A stretch of DNA of 62,638 nucleotides, the filler included, from Sphacelaria rigidula (Eukaryota), in assembly GCA_964200075.2 (NCBI GenBank). It is 9 parts of 9 records of this genome, joined end to end, with 100 filler letters (N's around TTAATTAATTAA, not from the genome) between each part and the next. Parts side by side here need not be neighbours in the genome. Positions count along the whole stretch, not along the records: positions 1 to 6,871 come from CAXNAA020017652.1; positions 6,972 to 13,842 come from CAXNAA020017653.1; 7 more parts are not named here. The stretch is one strand, 5' to 3'. The position numbers were made by a program, and so were the translations under genes. Position 1 is the first letter of the stretch, and each line of letters begins with the position of its first letter. Below, piece after piece: positions 1-11,121 of this stretch. Below the pieces are notes generated by a model. That model made no database searches, was not told the origin of the DNA, and saw only the letters and a list, made by a program, of their open reading frames with translations.

Positions 1-358
1 AGTCGACTCATTATACTAAAACCAAGTAATTTTCAGTCGAATCATTATTTGCCTGACCCTTGGAAACTACCATACCACCAAATGGAGTGGCCGGCGTCTG
101 GTGTACTCAGAAATTGTCGTAGGAATCGAATGTTACGCGAGCTGCCCTACTCCTACTTTGTGTCGCAAACTTCTCCATCGGTCCTCCAACGACACAAACT
201 TCTTTTATATTTCGACGACATTTTTTCTGTTCTTCCAACGATGAATATCTCTGGTGGTACATCTAGAGTGGGTTTAGTTTTTTGTACTTCGACGCACACT
301 ATTTTATTAACGATATCCTGTGCTTGACGCTTGACTGTGGAACCCATACAACGTACAG

Positions 359-478
359 GCATCATCGCTTCCAAGCGCTGCGACCACGTGTCGATCCAGG
401 GTAACACCGTATACGGCGGCGGGGAAACTTCAGCGGGAATTTTCTTGCACCGTAGCGCCGACGACGCCATCGTCAAAG
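359..478 (+). CDS. MC5E: Mannuronan C5-epimerase (alginate epimerase), internal exon
   Basis: cag|...|gtgag boundaries. Translates GIIASKRCDHVSIQGNTVYGGGETSAGIFLHRSADDAIVK, containing the GIIASKRC and GIFLHRS motifs of AlgG-like brown-algal epimerases. Phase 1 joins the exon at 5566 (G|AC=D). Upstream exons are off-contig. Confidence 0.92.
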
Positions 479-735
479 GTGAGAATTGTCAAAAGAAATA
501 ATGCACTCTGCAGACGACAACGACAGTGGAGCCGTCTTGACTTCGCCGTGACCACTGGTGACACTGCTGTATGACACACTGACTACTTCAATCCACAACA
601 CCTGCCCACTCCTCGTTTGGGGAGAGCGTTCCTTGACGACATTCTAAGGCCCACAATTATCGACGCTGATTTTTCGAGGTATCTGACGTTTTCGGGACTG
701 CCAAGGTATCTGGTGACTCTCGACTGCTTGCGACG

Positions 736-1080
736 CATGCAGCTATTCGGCTACCCTCATAAAAACCCTCTATCACGATTTTCATCCCTCTGGAATGGAC
801 ATAAACGAATCCTCTGGAGAGCATCTGATGCCCCAGTGACTTCTGAGGTCTGAATCCCTCGACAGTAACAAAAACGATGGTGCTCTGAAGGGCCGCGCAT
901 CTTCCAAATTCCTCCGGAGGATGTGCGTGCGGCCCTCCAGAGGCAAAACAAGCCTCTGGAGACTTCTGATCTCACCCATCTGGAGGGCCGGACACCCTCT
1001 GGCGGCGTTTAATTCCTCCGGAGGCTCCAAAAACTGACCGGAACAGATAATTTTTGGGGGTAGCCGAATAGCCGCGTGTG
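736..1080. mobile_element. MITE with CA(C/T)GC(G/A)GCTATTCGGCTACCC TIRs and internal CCTC(T/C)GGAGG palindromic subrepeats
   Basis: Left catgcagctattcggctaccctc; right gggggtagccgaatagccgcgtgtg. Interior is homologous to 3767-4311. Confidence 0.7.
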
Positions 1081-1115
1081 GAGCGCCACGGCGTACACAC
1101 AGTACACGCACAGTA

Positions 1116-1690
1116 CACGCGGTCATTCGGCTATCGTCGAAGATCCTCGTCTGGATTCTCCAAACGTCTCTCAACATGCCGTCCGCTTTGAATTCCCCCA
1201 CCAGAGGATCGATACGGCATTCGCAATCCTCTAGTGGGTTTTCAACATCGGAGTCTCCCTCGAGGGTTTGTTTCAATGTCGAAATCCTCTGGATTGTTTT
1301 AGGAGGCAATCCTGTAGTGGAAATCCCATAGTGGTCTCGATATATGTGGAATTTGTACAGCAGCGGGTCTTCGAAATCCTTGTTTTGCCCATTTCAATAA
1401 ATCGATCACAACGTTTTTCGAACAGTTTCTGCAGTACAAATCCCATATACTGGCAGCCAGTATATTAGGTTTGTACAGCAGAGGCTGTCCGTAAATCCTC
1501 GTTGAGCCCACCAACACATTCAACTCCGGGCAAAACAAGTAATCTCGAACAACCTCAGCTGTACAAATCCCGTAGCTCGATACTGGCTGCCAGTATATTG
1601 GACTTCTACAGCAGATGCTGTTGGAGATCGTCGTTTTGCCCGCGAATTCATTTACGTTGGGCAAAAGACGAATCTTTCAAAAGCCCCTGC
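1116..1690. repeat. Array of alternating-orientation ~45-bp units around the near-palindrome ATATACTGGC(A/T)GCCAGTATAT, starting with a CACGCGG TIR-like end
   Basis: Units like tacagcagaggctgttcgaaaatccttgttttgccca in both orientations. Hairpin at ~1430-1481. The same units recur at ~3640-3680 and 4410-4760. Confidence 0.7.
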
Positions 1691-2051
1691 CTGTTGTGTG
1701 TGCTGTGTGTTGTCACCCCATCTATTCTGGACGCCAATCTTCACATTTCGATATATGTGGGCGAATCAGCCGGGGTCACACAGGAGGAAGGCCAACACGA
1801 GATTTTTCTTTCGCCTCTTGTTCAATGCCCCACCTTTCTCCTGCGATGCTTGCCCTCATTTTTATCGCGAAAGGGGTTCAGCGGTTCATTTCCCTCGTCG
1901 ACCGTGAAGTCGAATTTTGTGTACCCACGACATGATCGCTCTCCACTGTTAGGCATGGTGTGGAAACAAATCCACATCGTGTAAGTGCATCAAGATTCGA
2001 ACCCACGACCTAACCATCAGAGGATTTCGAGGTTACCACCGGGGCGACCGG
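1691..2051 (-). mobile_element. tRNA-derived SINE
   Basis: Minus-strand head ccggtcgccccggtggtaacc...GGGTTCGAATC (B box, A box eroded) and an (ACAC/AAC)-rich tail. Body ccggggtcacacaggaggaagg also occurs at 32960-33205 and 40590-40830. Confidence 0.8.
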
Positions 2052-2061
2052 TTTGACAAAC

Positions 2062-3636
2062 AACAGCGGATCCTCAAAAATGAAGTCCATCTCGAAAATG
2101 AGGTTCAAGTGGTATATCGTTTTTGCAGGGACAACCCGAAACAGTAGCACAGAGCGAAACCATTTCCCCCCCCAAAACTCCGCAGCAGTGAAACAGCTGT
2201 GGCTAAGTGCACCTAACGACTGCGGTGTCCACGCGTGTCGATGACGATATCACCAGAGAGAGAAGCAACGACAGAGAGGAAGCTCCTTGCCCGTGTCCTT
2301 TGTGTGCCCTCGCTGGGCGATTACCAATCGCTCGAGAGACTGGCATCATGCATGAAACCAGCACGTGCCGAATTTCTCATGTGCCTGTAGGTATCCCCAA
2401 AGCACATCGAACTGCGGAGAGATTTCGTCTCTTTGTCTGTAAAGGTCACCAATACGAAGATCGACCGAGGAAAAGTGTCCGCTTGGGATCCGTTCAAACA
2501 TTCGAAGACACTGTCGAACAGCACCACCAAACTTTGCTGCCTTTGGCATCCGCAAATGAGTATCGTACGGAAGACAAATCGACTGTTTAACGTTCTCACT
2601 AGAACGCAACGTGCATAATACGTTTTGCAGGTAGGAAAACGAAGATTTTTATACACGAGAAACTCTGCGTTCCCCCATGGGCCCTATATGCACTTCCAAA
2701 ACCTCTGTCGTCTTTGTTTCATACCTGACGTGGGGACGGGAAAGCCGCAGTTCCTCGGGTAAGAAGAGCCATTTTAATGATCTCGACGTAGTTTCGAAAA
2801 CCGAACTGTTTAATTTTTATACAGTAGTAGCTGTTCCGAATTTGGGTATATAGTAACATGTTTTTACTACCTGTGCAGACGGAAGCCAGTAGAGTAGAGC
2901 AACGAAAGCTCCAGGTTGCAGCTGACGCACCCCTATGCACCACGCTAGCAACGGTTAGCTCACCACCATAGGTGTCGTTTGTCACTCCGCATGTCAAGAA
3001 GGTCTCCACGAGGTTTTGATCTCTCTCTCACACACACCCCAACTGGCCTGCGGCAAGCTCATGTGCTCATGTCGGGTAAAATCAACGATGAATAACACCC
3101 TCAAGCTCAAATTGGACCATATGTTATTTTTGCTGCGCAGCGAACTGTCCTTGCTGGCATGTGTGTGACAGAAAACAGTAGTAGCAGTGACGGGAACATC
3201 GCCCAGGTTTTCAGCGCATAGAAGCGCGCGAGAGATCGATCTTCGTATGGTGACGTGCACAAAGAGACGAAATCTCTCCGCAGTTCGATGTGCTTTGGGG
3301 ATACCTACAGGCACATGAGAAATTCGGCACGTGCTGGTAGCATGCATGATGCCAGTCTCTCGAGCGATTGGTAATCGCCCAGCGAGGGCACACAAAGGAC
3401 ACGGGCGAGGAGCTTCCTCTCTGTCGTTGCTTCTCTCTCTGGTGATATCGTCATCGACACGCGTGTACACCGCAGTCGTTAGGTGCACTTAGCCACAACT
3501 GACGATTCACAGTTGCGGAGTTTTGGAGGGAAAGATGGTTTCGCTCTGTGCTACTGTTTCGGGTTGTCCCTGCAAAAACGATATGCCACTTGAACCTCAT
3601 TTTCGAGACGAACTTCATTTTTCAGGACCCGCTATT
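2062..3636. mobile_element. Non-autonomous TIR element with ~400-bp inverted arms, AACAG terminus
   Basis: Arms ~2062-2464 and ~3236-3636 are reverse complements (mirrored ORFs 2207..2590+ and 2994..3488-). Termini aacagcggatcc / ggacccgctatt. Confidence 0.85.
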
Positions 3637-3766
3637 AACTACGGCTGTTGAAATCTCATATCTTGGCTGCTAGTAGTATAAACATCCACGGCCGTACTAT
3701 TAAGCGATAGCCAAATTGGCTCAATGATACCTAATTCCCAGCATGAAGGCTCTAGCTTTATACGCA

Positions 3767-4311
3767 GAAACGCGGCCATTTGGCTACCCCCCAAAATGCC
3801 TCCGGAGGGATGCGCGGCCCTCCAGAGGCAAACACAAGTCTCCGGAGGTCTTCAATCCCTCTGGAGGAAACCAAACACTACCGCCCTGGAGGGCCGCGCA
3901 TCCCCCCGGGGGAATCTGGGGGTAGCAAAGTGCCTCTGGGAGGATGCGCGGCCCTCCAGAGGCAAACACATAAGCCTTCGGAGGTGTTTAATCCCTCTCG
4001 AAGAAACCAAAAAATACTCCTCCGGAGGGCCGCGCACCCCTCCGGAGTTGTTTAATTCCTCTGGAGGCTCGAAACGTTCGCACACCCCCCCCCTGGGGGA
4101 ATCTGGGGGTAGCAAAATGCCTCTGGGAGGATGCGCGGCCCTCCAGAGGCAAACACATGAGCCTCCGGAGGTGTTTAATCCCTCTCGAAGAAACCAAAAA
4201 ATACTCCTCCGGAGGGCCGCGCACCCCTCCGGAGTTGTTTAATTCCTCTGGAGGCTCGAAACGTTGACCGCCGTGGAGGAAATTGTGGGGTTAGCCGAAT
4301 AGTCGCGTGTG
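3767..4311. mobile_element. MITE (same family as 736-1080) with ~3 tandem internal units of ~130-190 bp
   Basis: TIRs aacgcggccatttggctacccccc / ggggttagccgaatagtcgcgtgtg. Near-identical units at ~3908-4078 and ~4095-4265, rich in cctc(c/t)ggagg. Confidence 0.75.
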
Positions 4312-4409
4312 TACTCCTCCAGAGTACGCCTAGTCCTAACACCATACATGACATTTTCAACACTTGTTTTGTAGTATCTGGACTACGTTTTTTCGGGGGG
4401 ATTATGAAT

Positions 4410-4760
4410 ACCTGTGCAGCCTGGATGCTGGAAAACAGGTATAGCTAGATATTGCCTTGTATTTTGGCCGTATGTATATACTGGCAGCCAGTATATGGAA
4501 TTTCTACAGCAGAAGCTGTTCAAGATCCCTGTTTTGCCCGCCAAATTTAAATGGCAGCTAGCACAGGATTTCCACAGCAGAGGCTGTTCGAAAAATCTTG
4601 TTTTGCCCAGTGCCCAACATGAATAAGATACCGGGGAAAACAAGGATCTCGAACAACTTCTGCCGTAGCAGTTCCATATTCTGGCCATACTGGTGGCCAG
4701 TATATGGAAGTGCTACGGCAGAGGCTGTTTGAGATTCCTCGTTTTGCCCAATTTGAGTAA
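4410..4760. repeat. Second block of the palindromic unit array seen at 1116-1690
   Basis: atatactggcagccagtatat at ~4476-4496 and repeated cagcagaggctgtt...gttttgccc units in both orientations. Confidence 0.7.
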
Positions 4761-5082
4761 ATGTGTGAGCTATTGTTCTATACCAGTGTGACCACGTACA
4801 TATATTACTGTGTTACGAAGCCCACGAGGACTGCTGCTGCATCGTTTCCCAGTGAGATTCACTATGTTTGGCCTGAAGAGGATACAACTGTCCTCCGGAG
4901 CGCCACGGCGTACATACGGGGCAGCTGTCCGAAGCGCTGGGTTGTAGTCCAAAATAGTCAGACCTGTCCAAAAATAGAAATTCGGAGTAAATCAAGCCGC
5001 TTCCCTGTTAGATAAGCCCGTACGCGGAGTCTGACATGTCTCAATAAGTCGAGATGTCCGAAAGATAGTGTCGATGATAATG

Positions 5083-5422
5083 AACAGCGGATCTTCGAAA
5101 TTGAGGATGGAGCTTTTCATTGAGGATGAGAACGCGGAGGATTAAAATCTTCGTATCTACACCAAGTCGTCGTAATATGGTTTCGTTCCTATCGGATCAC
5201 CTGAATTCCCTCAACTGTTCTTCACCTAGGACCTCAACATTCGGTTATCGAAATCCAAAATTTTATGGCGTGTAGTGCTTGCCAATAGCCACCAGTAGGT
5301 GGACCAGTAGGTGAAGGAAGGGAACCATATTTCGAAGGTTTGGTGTTGATCCGAAAATTTTAATCCTCCGGGTTATCATCCTCGACGAAAAGCTTCATCC
5401 TTAATTTCGATGATCGGCTGTT
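5083..5422. mobile_element. MITE, AACAG-terminal family, apparent 5-bp TSD TAATG
   Basis: ~110-bp imperfect TIRs aacagcggatcttcgaaattgaggatg... / ...catccttaatttcgatgatcggctgtt. TAATG at 5078-5082 and 5423-5427. Confidence 0.85.
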
Positions 5423-5565
5423 TAATGGGCGTAACAATGGACCTGAAAATAATTTTCATCGCCATTGTATACATGAACATCACCTCATCCTTTCCCCCAA
5501 CAATCCCCCTTTCTCTCTCCCGTCGTAATATATATCCCCATATAATCTGCGCGCTGTGCTTGCAG

Positions 5566-5728
5566 ACAATAATGTCTACGACAATGGTGACGCCGGCATG
5601 GCGTTGATGGAGAGCTCTCGGGCTGAAGTGAGCGGCAACATCTTCACGAACAACAAGTACGGCGTGCGTCTGTCCGTTGGGTGCTCAGAGAATAGGATCG
5701 AAGACAACGCGGTCGAAGACAGCATCGA
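5566..5728 (+). CDS. MC5E: Mannuronan C5-epimerase, penultimate exon
   Basis: tgcag|...|gtgag. Translates NNVYDNGDAGMALMESSRAEVSGNIFTNNKYGVRLSVGCSENRIEDNAVEDSI, a parallel beta-helix pattern. Phase 2 matches the next exon. Confidence 0.92.
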
Positions 5729-6012
5729 GTGAGTTCCATATATCCAGTGAAATACAGAAAGTGTTCCTCGTGGTTTGCTTGGTAACCGATTCACACGCGG
5801 AGAAAGTGGGTTTCTCTCCCTTCGTGACCTCGATTTACAGGCAAAACCAGTGTGCCCGTACTTTTGCTGTGTAGCGGAGCGTCGCTACCGAGTTGATACT
5901 CTATACAGTCCAAGACGGACTCCTTTTTAAGAACCGTTTGATTCTTGCCTTTAACCTCGCATCTTCCTCTAACCTCGCCTTTGCCGTCTGCCCTGGTTTA
6001 TCATTGCCAAAG

Positions 6013-6337
6013 GTACGGTTTTTACACCTACGAGGGAAGCGACCTCCCAGAGGTCATGGACACCGGCCGCAATCAGCGCAATGTCTTTGTCAACAACATT
6101 GTTAGAGGGGGCCCGCAGAGCATCAAGTTCGGGAAATCCGACCACACATGGGTTATCACCAACACGTTTGAAGATGCCAAAATCATCCAGTTCGAAGATT
6201 GCACCGAGACCTGGGTGACCAACAACTCCGGGTTGGATGATGTGGAAGTGAAAGTACAGGAGGGGTCATGCTTTGCGCCGCAATCTACGTACAGCCCGAT
6301 GTGCGACACTACCCTACTATCTTCAAGTAACGTTTGA
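6013..6337 (+). CDS. MC5E: Mannuronan C5-epimerase, terminal exon
   Basis: aag| acceptor. Translates YGFYTYEGSDLPEVMDTGRNQRNVFVNNIVRGGPQSIKFGKSD...SSNV with TGA at 6335-6337 (3' part of ORF 5945..6337). Confidence 0.92.
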
Positions 6338-6871
6338 AACCTTCAGCAATATTCTACAAATTTCACACACGGGTGCTGGTTTTGTCCGCTGATGCTAATA
6401 CGGCGCCTTTCTGTCAACGCGTTTTCATTTCCTGGCGAGTTTTTGAGTCGCTGGCTCTTGTGTCGCGGTGCAGCTGCGTTGCCCTTCGGAGTCGAAGATC
6501 ACCAGGAATGCGAGGAGGCCACAGCCTCCGCCAGAGCACAGAACCTTTTTTTGTTCGGAGGCTGCTGTATATGTTGCCCATTCCACCTTTGATATCATCT
6601 TGAACTGCTATGGTGAAGAAGACACGCATTTTCGACCAGAATACGTACATATCGCATAATGATTCCAGAGTATTTTGTAGGATGTAAGGCGAAGAGAAGC
6701 GGGATAGGGGTTCCTGTGTCGCTTTTGGTCTCGAGGTATCGTGCATTTATATATGTAATCCTACAGGCGAGGGGGAGGGGGGGGGGGGGGGGGGGGGGGA
6801 GTTTGCGGTGGGGAGGGGAGTGGGAGGGGGGGGGGGGGGGGAGGGTGTTGGGGCAGAGAGGAGGGAGGTTT

Positions 6872-6971
6872 NNNNNNNNNNNNNNNNNNNNNNNNNNNNN
6901 NNNNNNNNNNNNNNNTTAATTAATTAANNNNNNNNNNNNNNNNNNNNNNNNNNNNNNNNNNNNNNNNNNNN
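6872..6971. other. Artificial contig spacer N44-TTAATTAATTAA-N44 (first of eight)
   Basis: Identical 100-bp spacers at 6872-6971, 13843-13942, 20814-20913, 27785-27884, 34756-34855, 41727-41826, 48698-48797 and 55669-55768. The linker has stops in all six frames. Intervening contigs are 6871 bp (last 6870 bp). Confidence 0.99.
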
Positions 6972-7383
6972 ATTGATTCGTCACGAGCCGACTCATGATA
7001 CCAAAACCAAGTAATTTCCAGACGAATCATTATTTGTCCGAACCTTGATACATTTACGCCCAAAGCTACAGGTCGCCTCCGCAGAGGTCATTATGCCCCA
7101 TCAGGGCCTATTAAACACGAATGACAATATCCCTGAATATGCGGGAGGCTTTGTTCGAACGTACTCATTCCATCATACTGCTCCATAACCCCTGTCTCCC
7201 CACCGACCCCTCTTCTCCGGGGTTAAATTCAGCGCATTCCCTCCCCGGACAATCTCAGCGGGACGGGGAGATTATCCGACGTGTGAGCCATTTCGATCGG
7301 ACAACAATTAATCTGAATACGTGACCGGTACCACTAGAAGAACTACAATTACCCGAACTCATTGTACAACTCGTTTTTCTCAA

Positions 7384-8415
7384 TCCTTCTGGGACCGACC
7401 CCCCATGAACACAGGGTTGACCCTGTGATAGTGAAATAATAAAAAATAAGTCTTCGAGCAACCTGCCCAATCACGGCGAGGCGAAATTCATCGACCAGAC
7501 CCGAACGACCGGCGCGGGGACTGTTGGCGAGTGTGATGCCACTGCAAAGATCGTGTGGGGGCCCTATCCCTGGCCCAGATAAGCCATCCCAGGTTTCCAA
7601 GCGCGGGGCGGTCGGAACTTGGTTATATGATATTACTTGCACTCAGTACATCGTTCCCGAGTTTTCCGGTGGGTTTCTTGGGTCACAATGTCATACTAAA
7701 AGGTAGTAATTATACTAACACAGGGTCGACCGGAAAAACCGGGAAGGTGTGCATGCTACCATGTGGTCATTTCACGAGGCACCAAATCCGGGCGGGCTGT
7801 GGAAAGACTAGAGGAGCTACCGTTATGAATTTTGCGTATCCCTCTGCCGATGACTTGCAGTGTGCAGCCCACATGTATGTAGTGAACGGGGATGGCAAAG
7901 CTATATAGAGGTGGCTGATTTTGGTAGCTGAGAATTGCCCAGAACGTGCAAGGGAGTATGCAGCGGCAGCTGCTGCTTCAGTTGGAGAGGCGTACTACAC
8001 TGTACTGTACTATTATATACTGTTGTATGCATGCGCGCCGCAACACTGATACCCTTCGAAGAGAATTTGCCGCATGCAACAAGGGGGGAAATGGCGGCCC
8101 ACCCCGACCACAAAGGACTGTGTGGGAAGGTGGTAGGGACAAAAATATAATCCAAAGCCACAAGTGGCGGGCGGCTCGCCGGTCGCCGCATCTTGTTGGA
8201 AGCTCTTTACCACGACCCATACTGCTTGCGACATCAGATGTACACCACTTAATGCGCACCCTACACCTGAGATAGATTGGATGAAACTTTTGGTCTTCGT
8301 CATGACCCTGCGGTTACATACACGGAGTTTCAGCAACATGCCACTGTTTCGTGCAGACGCCAGACACGTCATTCTTGACCAGCCTCATTGGTCTGGAGGC
8401 CCGGTCCCAAAAGGG
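7384..8415. mobile_element. piggyBac-like non-autonomous element, copy 1
   Basis: TCAA|tccttctgggacc ... ggtcccaaaaggg|TTAA. Homologous over its length to 9809-10840 in inverted orientation. Confidence 0.75.
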
Positions 8416-9808
8416 TTAATGGGACTACAGGTTTCCCGGGGAGATCTTGTTTTATGCCCTCTTTACATGGACGTGCGTGAACATATATCCCGTCAGGGGC
8501 TGTTCAATACTATTGGCGATGTTTTTAAACACGCAAAGGGTCTTTAGAACGTCGACACCTCACTCGCTATTTCGAGATCATACCCCCCGCCTTCGCAACG
8601 ATGAGATGAGCGCATCTCTTCCCCAAACATCCTCACCTAGCGGGTGTTATTTGACGTATAGGCCGTTTGGGAGCGGACTACATGATGATTCCGAACGTAC
8701 GAGAGGTATCTAAAAGATCGACACCCTCACCATGTACCTGTCAGAGAATCAGAAGCACCACGGTCCATTTGCGACAGGACGGCACAGTTAATACCACCCT
8801 CGGAGACGGCTGCTTTTCTAATTATGCATTGAAAATATTTTCGACACAGTCGTGCGTGCCTTACACTGAATTTTCGATTCTTGAGGTCTCGAATATGCTG
8901 AAACACCCAAAACAAAAAGCAACGCAACACTAGCCCGCATGCTGTTTGAAATTCAAATGAATTGGTCAGGACCCATTAGTGTAAGTACTGATACTTGAGT
9001 GTGCGTTTGGGAAGCCTGACTTGGCCCGATTTTGAGTACAGTCATATCTACGCACACATTTCGAAAGCAGAGGCACGATTTCTGGCTTGCTTTTTTGTGT
9101 AACGTGTCTTAAATACCCTGCATTGGGAATGTCGAATTCAAACTGGTAATTTCCCGGTTGTAAACGACGGGCGAATATCGCAAAGGGCACCTCAGATTCA
9201 GCGTTTCGGCAGGGGGTTCATAGGTACGGGTCGTTATGAAATAACTGAACTGAAACCTTCGATTTTCTCGTTGTTTTCCATGTTCCTTGTCGGGATTTTC
9301 GCTGGACATGCTACTCAAACGCTATCTTCGGCAGGGAGGTCAACAAGATTGCACTGTTCGCTTATTCGTAGTCTAGGCCTGGTCTGGACTTCATTTCCCT
9401 CCGTTGGCTTGCTACAGCCCAGGTCAGGACAGTAGCAGGAGGAGAGCTGATAAATAGATGTGCAGCCAGCATCGATAATATTTTGATGAGCAGCTACAGG
9501 GCACCAAGCCAAAGCAAGCGAAGCGTACACCTTTGAAATGAAGCGGCGTTTTACCACACGGGCCGTACACACAAGGGAGATATATTCTAGCGTTAGCTAT
9601 CTGATGTTCCGTGTGTAGAATGCTTGGATGTCTCCTGCGTTGTACCGCAACAACTTTCTATCGATCAACGCACGCAACCCAGAACAACAGCACGACAGCC
9701 TACAAAAGGGAGCCAGCAGAATTGATGCGTCTAGAGTCTTTTTCGCGGGTTATGTTCCGTCCGAGCAACATAAAACAATACACAACGACGACAATGGAGC
9801 CATCTTAA

Positions 9809-10840
9809 CCTTATTGGGACTAACCGTCCAGAACGACCGATGAGGCTGGTTAGGAATGACGTGTCCTACATATGCATGAAATAGTGGCTACATGTTGCTG
9901 AAAACCCACGTATGTATGTAATTGCAGGGTTAGAGGAAGACCAAAAGTCTGATCTAATCTATTTTTAGGTGCAGGTACAAACTGTGTGTACTATAATTCG
10001 GGTGTTGTGCACATCAGATAATGTATAGATGTTTCAAGCAGTATCAGTCGCCGTGGAGAGCTTTCAACAGGATGTGGCAACCGCNNNNNNNNNNGCCGCC
10101 CGCCACTTGTGGCCTTGGATATTGTCCCCATCACCTTGCCACAGCGCCCTTTGTGGTCGGGGTGGGCCGTGATTTCCCTCCTTGTTGCAAGCGGCAAACT
10201 CTCTTCGAACGGCATGGCGTACAGTACGCCTATTCGAATGCAGCAGCAGCTGCCGCTGCATACCCCCTCACGTTTTCCGGGCAGTTCTCCGCGACGGAGA
10301 TCAGCTGCCTATACACAGCTTATTTGTTCCTAGATAGGACCTCACCGCCGCTTGTACCGCTTCACAGAGGGATACACAGAACTCATGCCTCTATTATAGC
10401 TCCGTGTTTCGCCCCACAGCGTTGCTAGATTCAGTCGCCTTGTGAACACGGCCACATATATAGCAAGGTACATTTATTCCCGAATTTCCCCCGAGCACCA
10501 TGTGTTAGTGTAGTCAACTAGGTATACGATGGTGACCCGAAAAAAAATCGGGGCAATGGAGGTCAGACCTATATAAAATGTAAGGAAATGATGAAAAATC
10601 GGGAAACCGAGCCCCGACCACTCGGGCTTTCTTTTGCTTCGAAGGCTTATTTGTGGGCCAGGGACAGGATACACACACCAACTTGGCAGCGACATCAATC
10701 CCAGCGACAGCCCTCCCACACTGGTCGTGCGGATGTGGTTGACGAATTTCGCCTCGCCCTGATTGGACAGGTCGCTCCCATACTTGTTTATTATTATTTT
10801 ACTAATACATGGTTGTTACTGAGCTTCAGTCCGAAAAGGG
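9809..10840. mobile_element. piggyBac-like non-autonomous element, copy 2 (inverted)
   Basis: TTAA|ccttattgggact ... agtccgaaaaggg|TTCA. Contains a 10-N gap at 10085-10094. Confidence 0.75.
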
Positions 10841-10985
10841 TTCAATCATGCCCCGTATCCGAGGCCATGCAGGATACAGCAGCAACTTAAGCGCAAATGG
10901 AGACTGCAGCACCAACCTCGGTCACCGCAACCATACCGTGGGCACGGCGACACTCAAAGAAAACCTTGGGTACACTATTAATTGA

Positions 10986-10990
<5 letters not shown>

Positions 10991-11044
<54 letters not shown>
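10991..11044. repeat. (TA)n microsatellite
   Basis: Pure TA run of about 27 units. Confidence 0.97.
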
Positions 11045-11045
<1 letters not shown>

Positions 11046-11046
<1 letters not shown>

Positions 11047-11121
11047 ACTAGACAGAGCGCCGCTTGTGAGACCGCCGCCGTCTTGGATATCATCCTGCCT
11101 CCGCACGGTGCTGGACTGCGG
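11046..11121 (-). CDS. Putative second exon of the ABCC-like membrane protein
   Basis: cgcag|...|gtatat. Phase matches the exon at 11747. Translates RSPAPCGGRMISKTAAVSQAALCLV (hydrophobic end). Confidence 0.35.

Noticed and set aside
1985..2051. tRNA gene
   Set aside because: B box present, but the A box/D arm is eroded and the sequence continues into a multicopy body, so it is a SINE head.
2207..3488. Duplicated ORFs MHLTTAV... and most other short ORFs in the track
   Set aside because: Products of inverted repeats or chance frames in TE and intron DNA, with no recognisable motifs.
3790..4270. CRISPR-like repeat/spacer appearance (also 1340-1690 and 4410-4760)
   Set aside because: The 'spacers' are themselves repeated, units are degenerate and in mixed orientation, the blocks are bounded by TIRs, and there are no cas genes in this eukaryotic intron.
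6916..6927. TTAATTAATTAA as a biological motif
   Set aside because: Synthetic six-frame-stop linker centred in fixed-length N runs.
7055..7320. Further ABCC exon (KASRIFR..ALM..DL) on the minus strand
   Set aside because: Needs several stops and frameshifts; too weak to call.
7384..10840. Single giant element with 1-kb TIRs
   Set aside because: Each arm has its own TIR pair and TTAA-type flanks, so these are two independent insertions.
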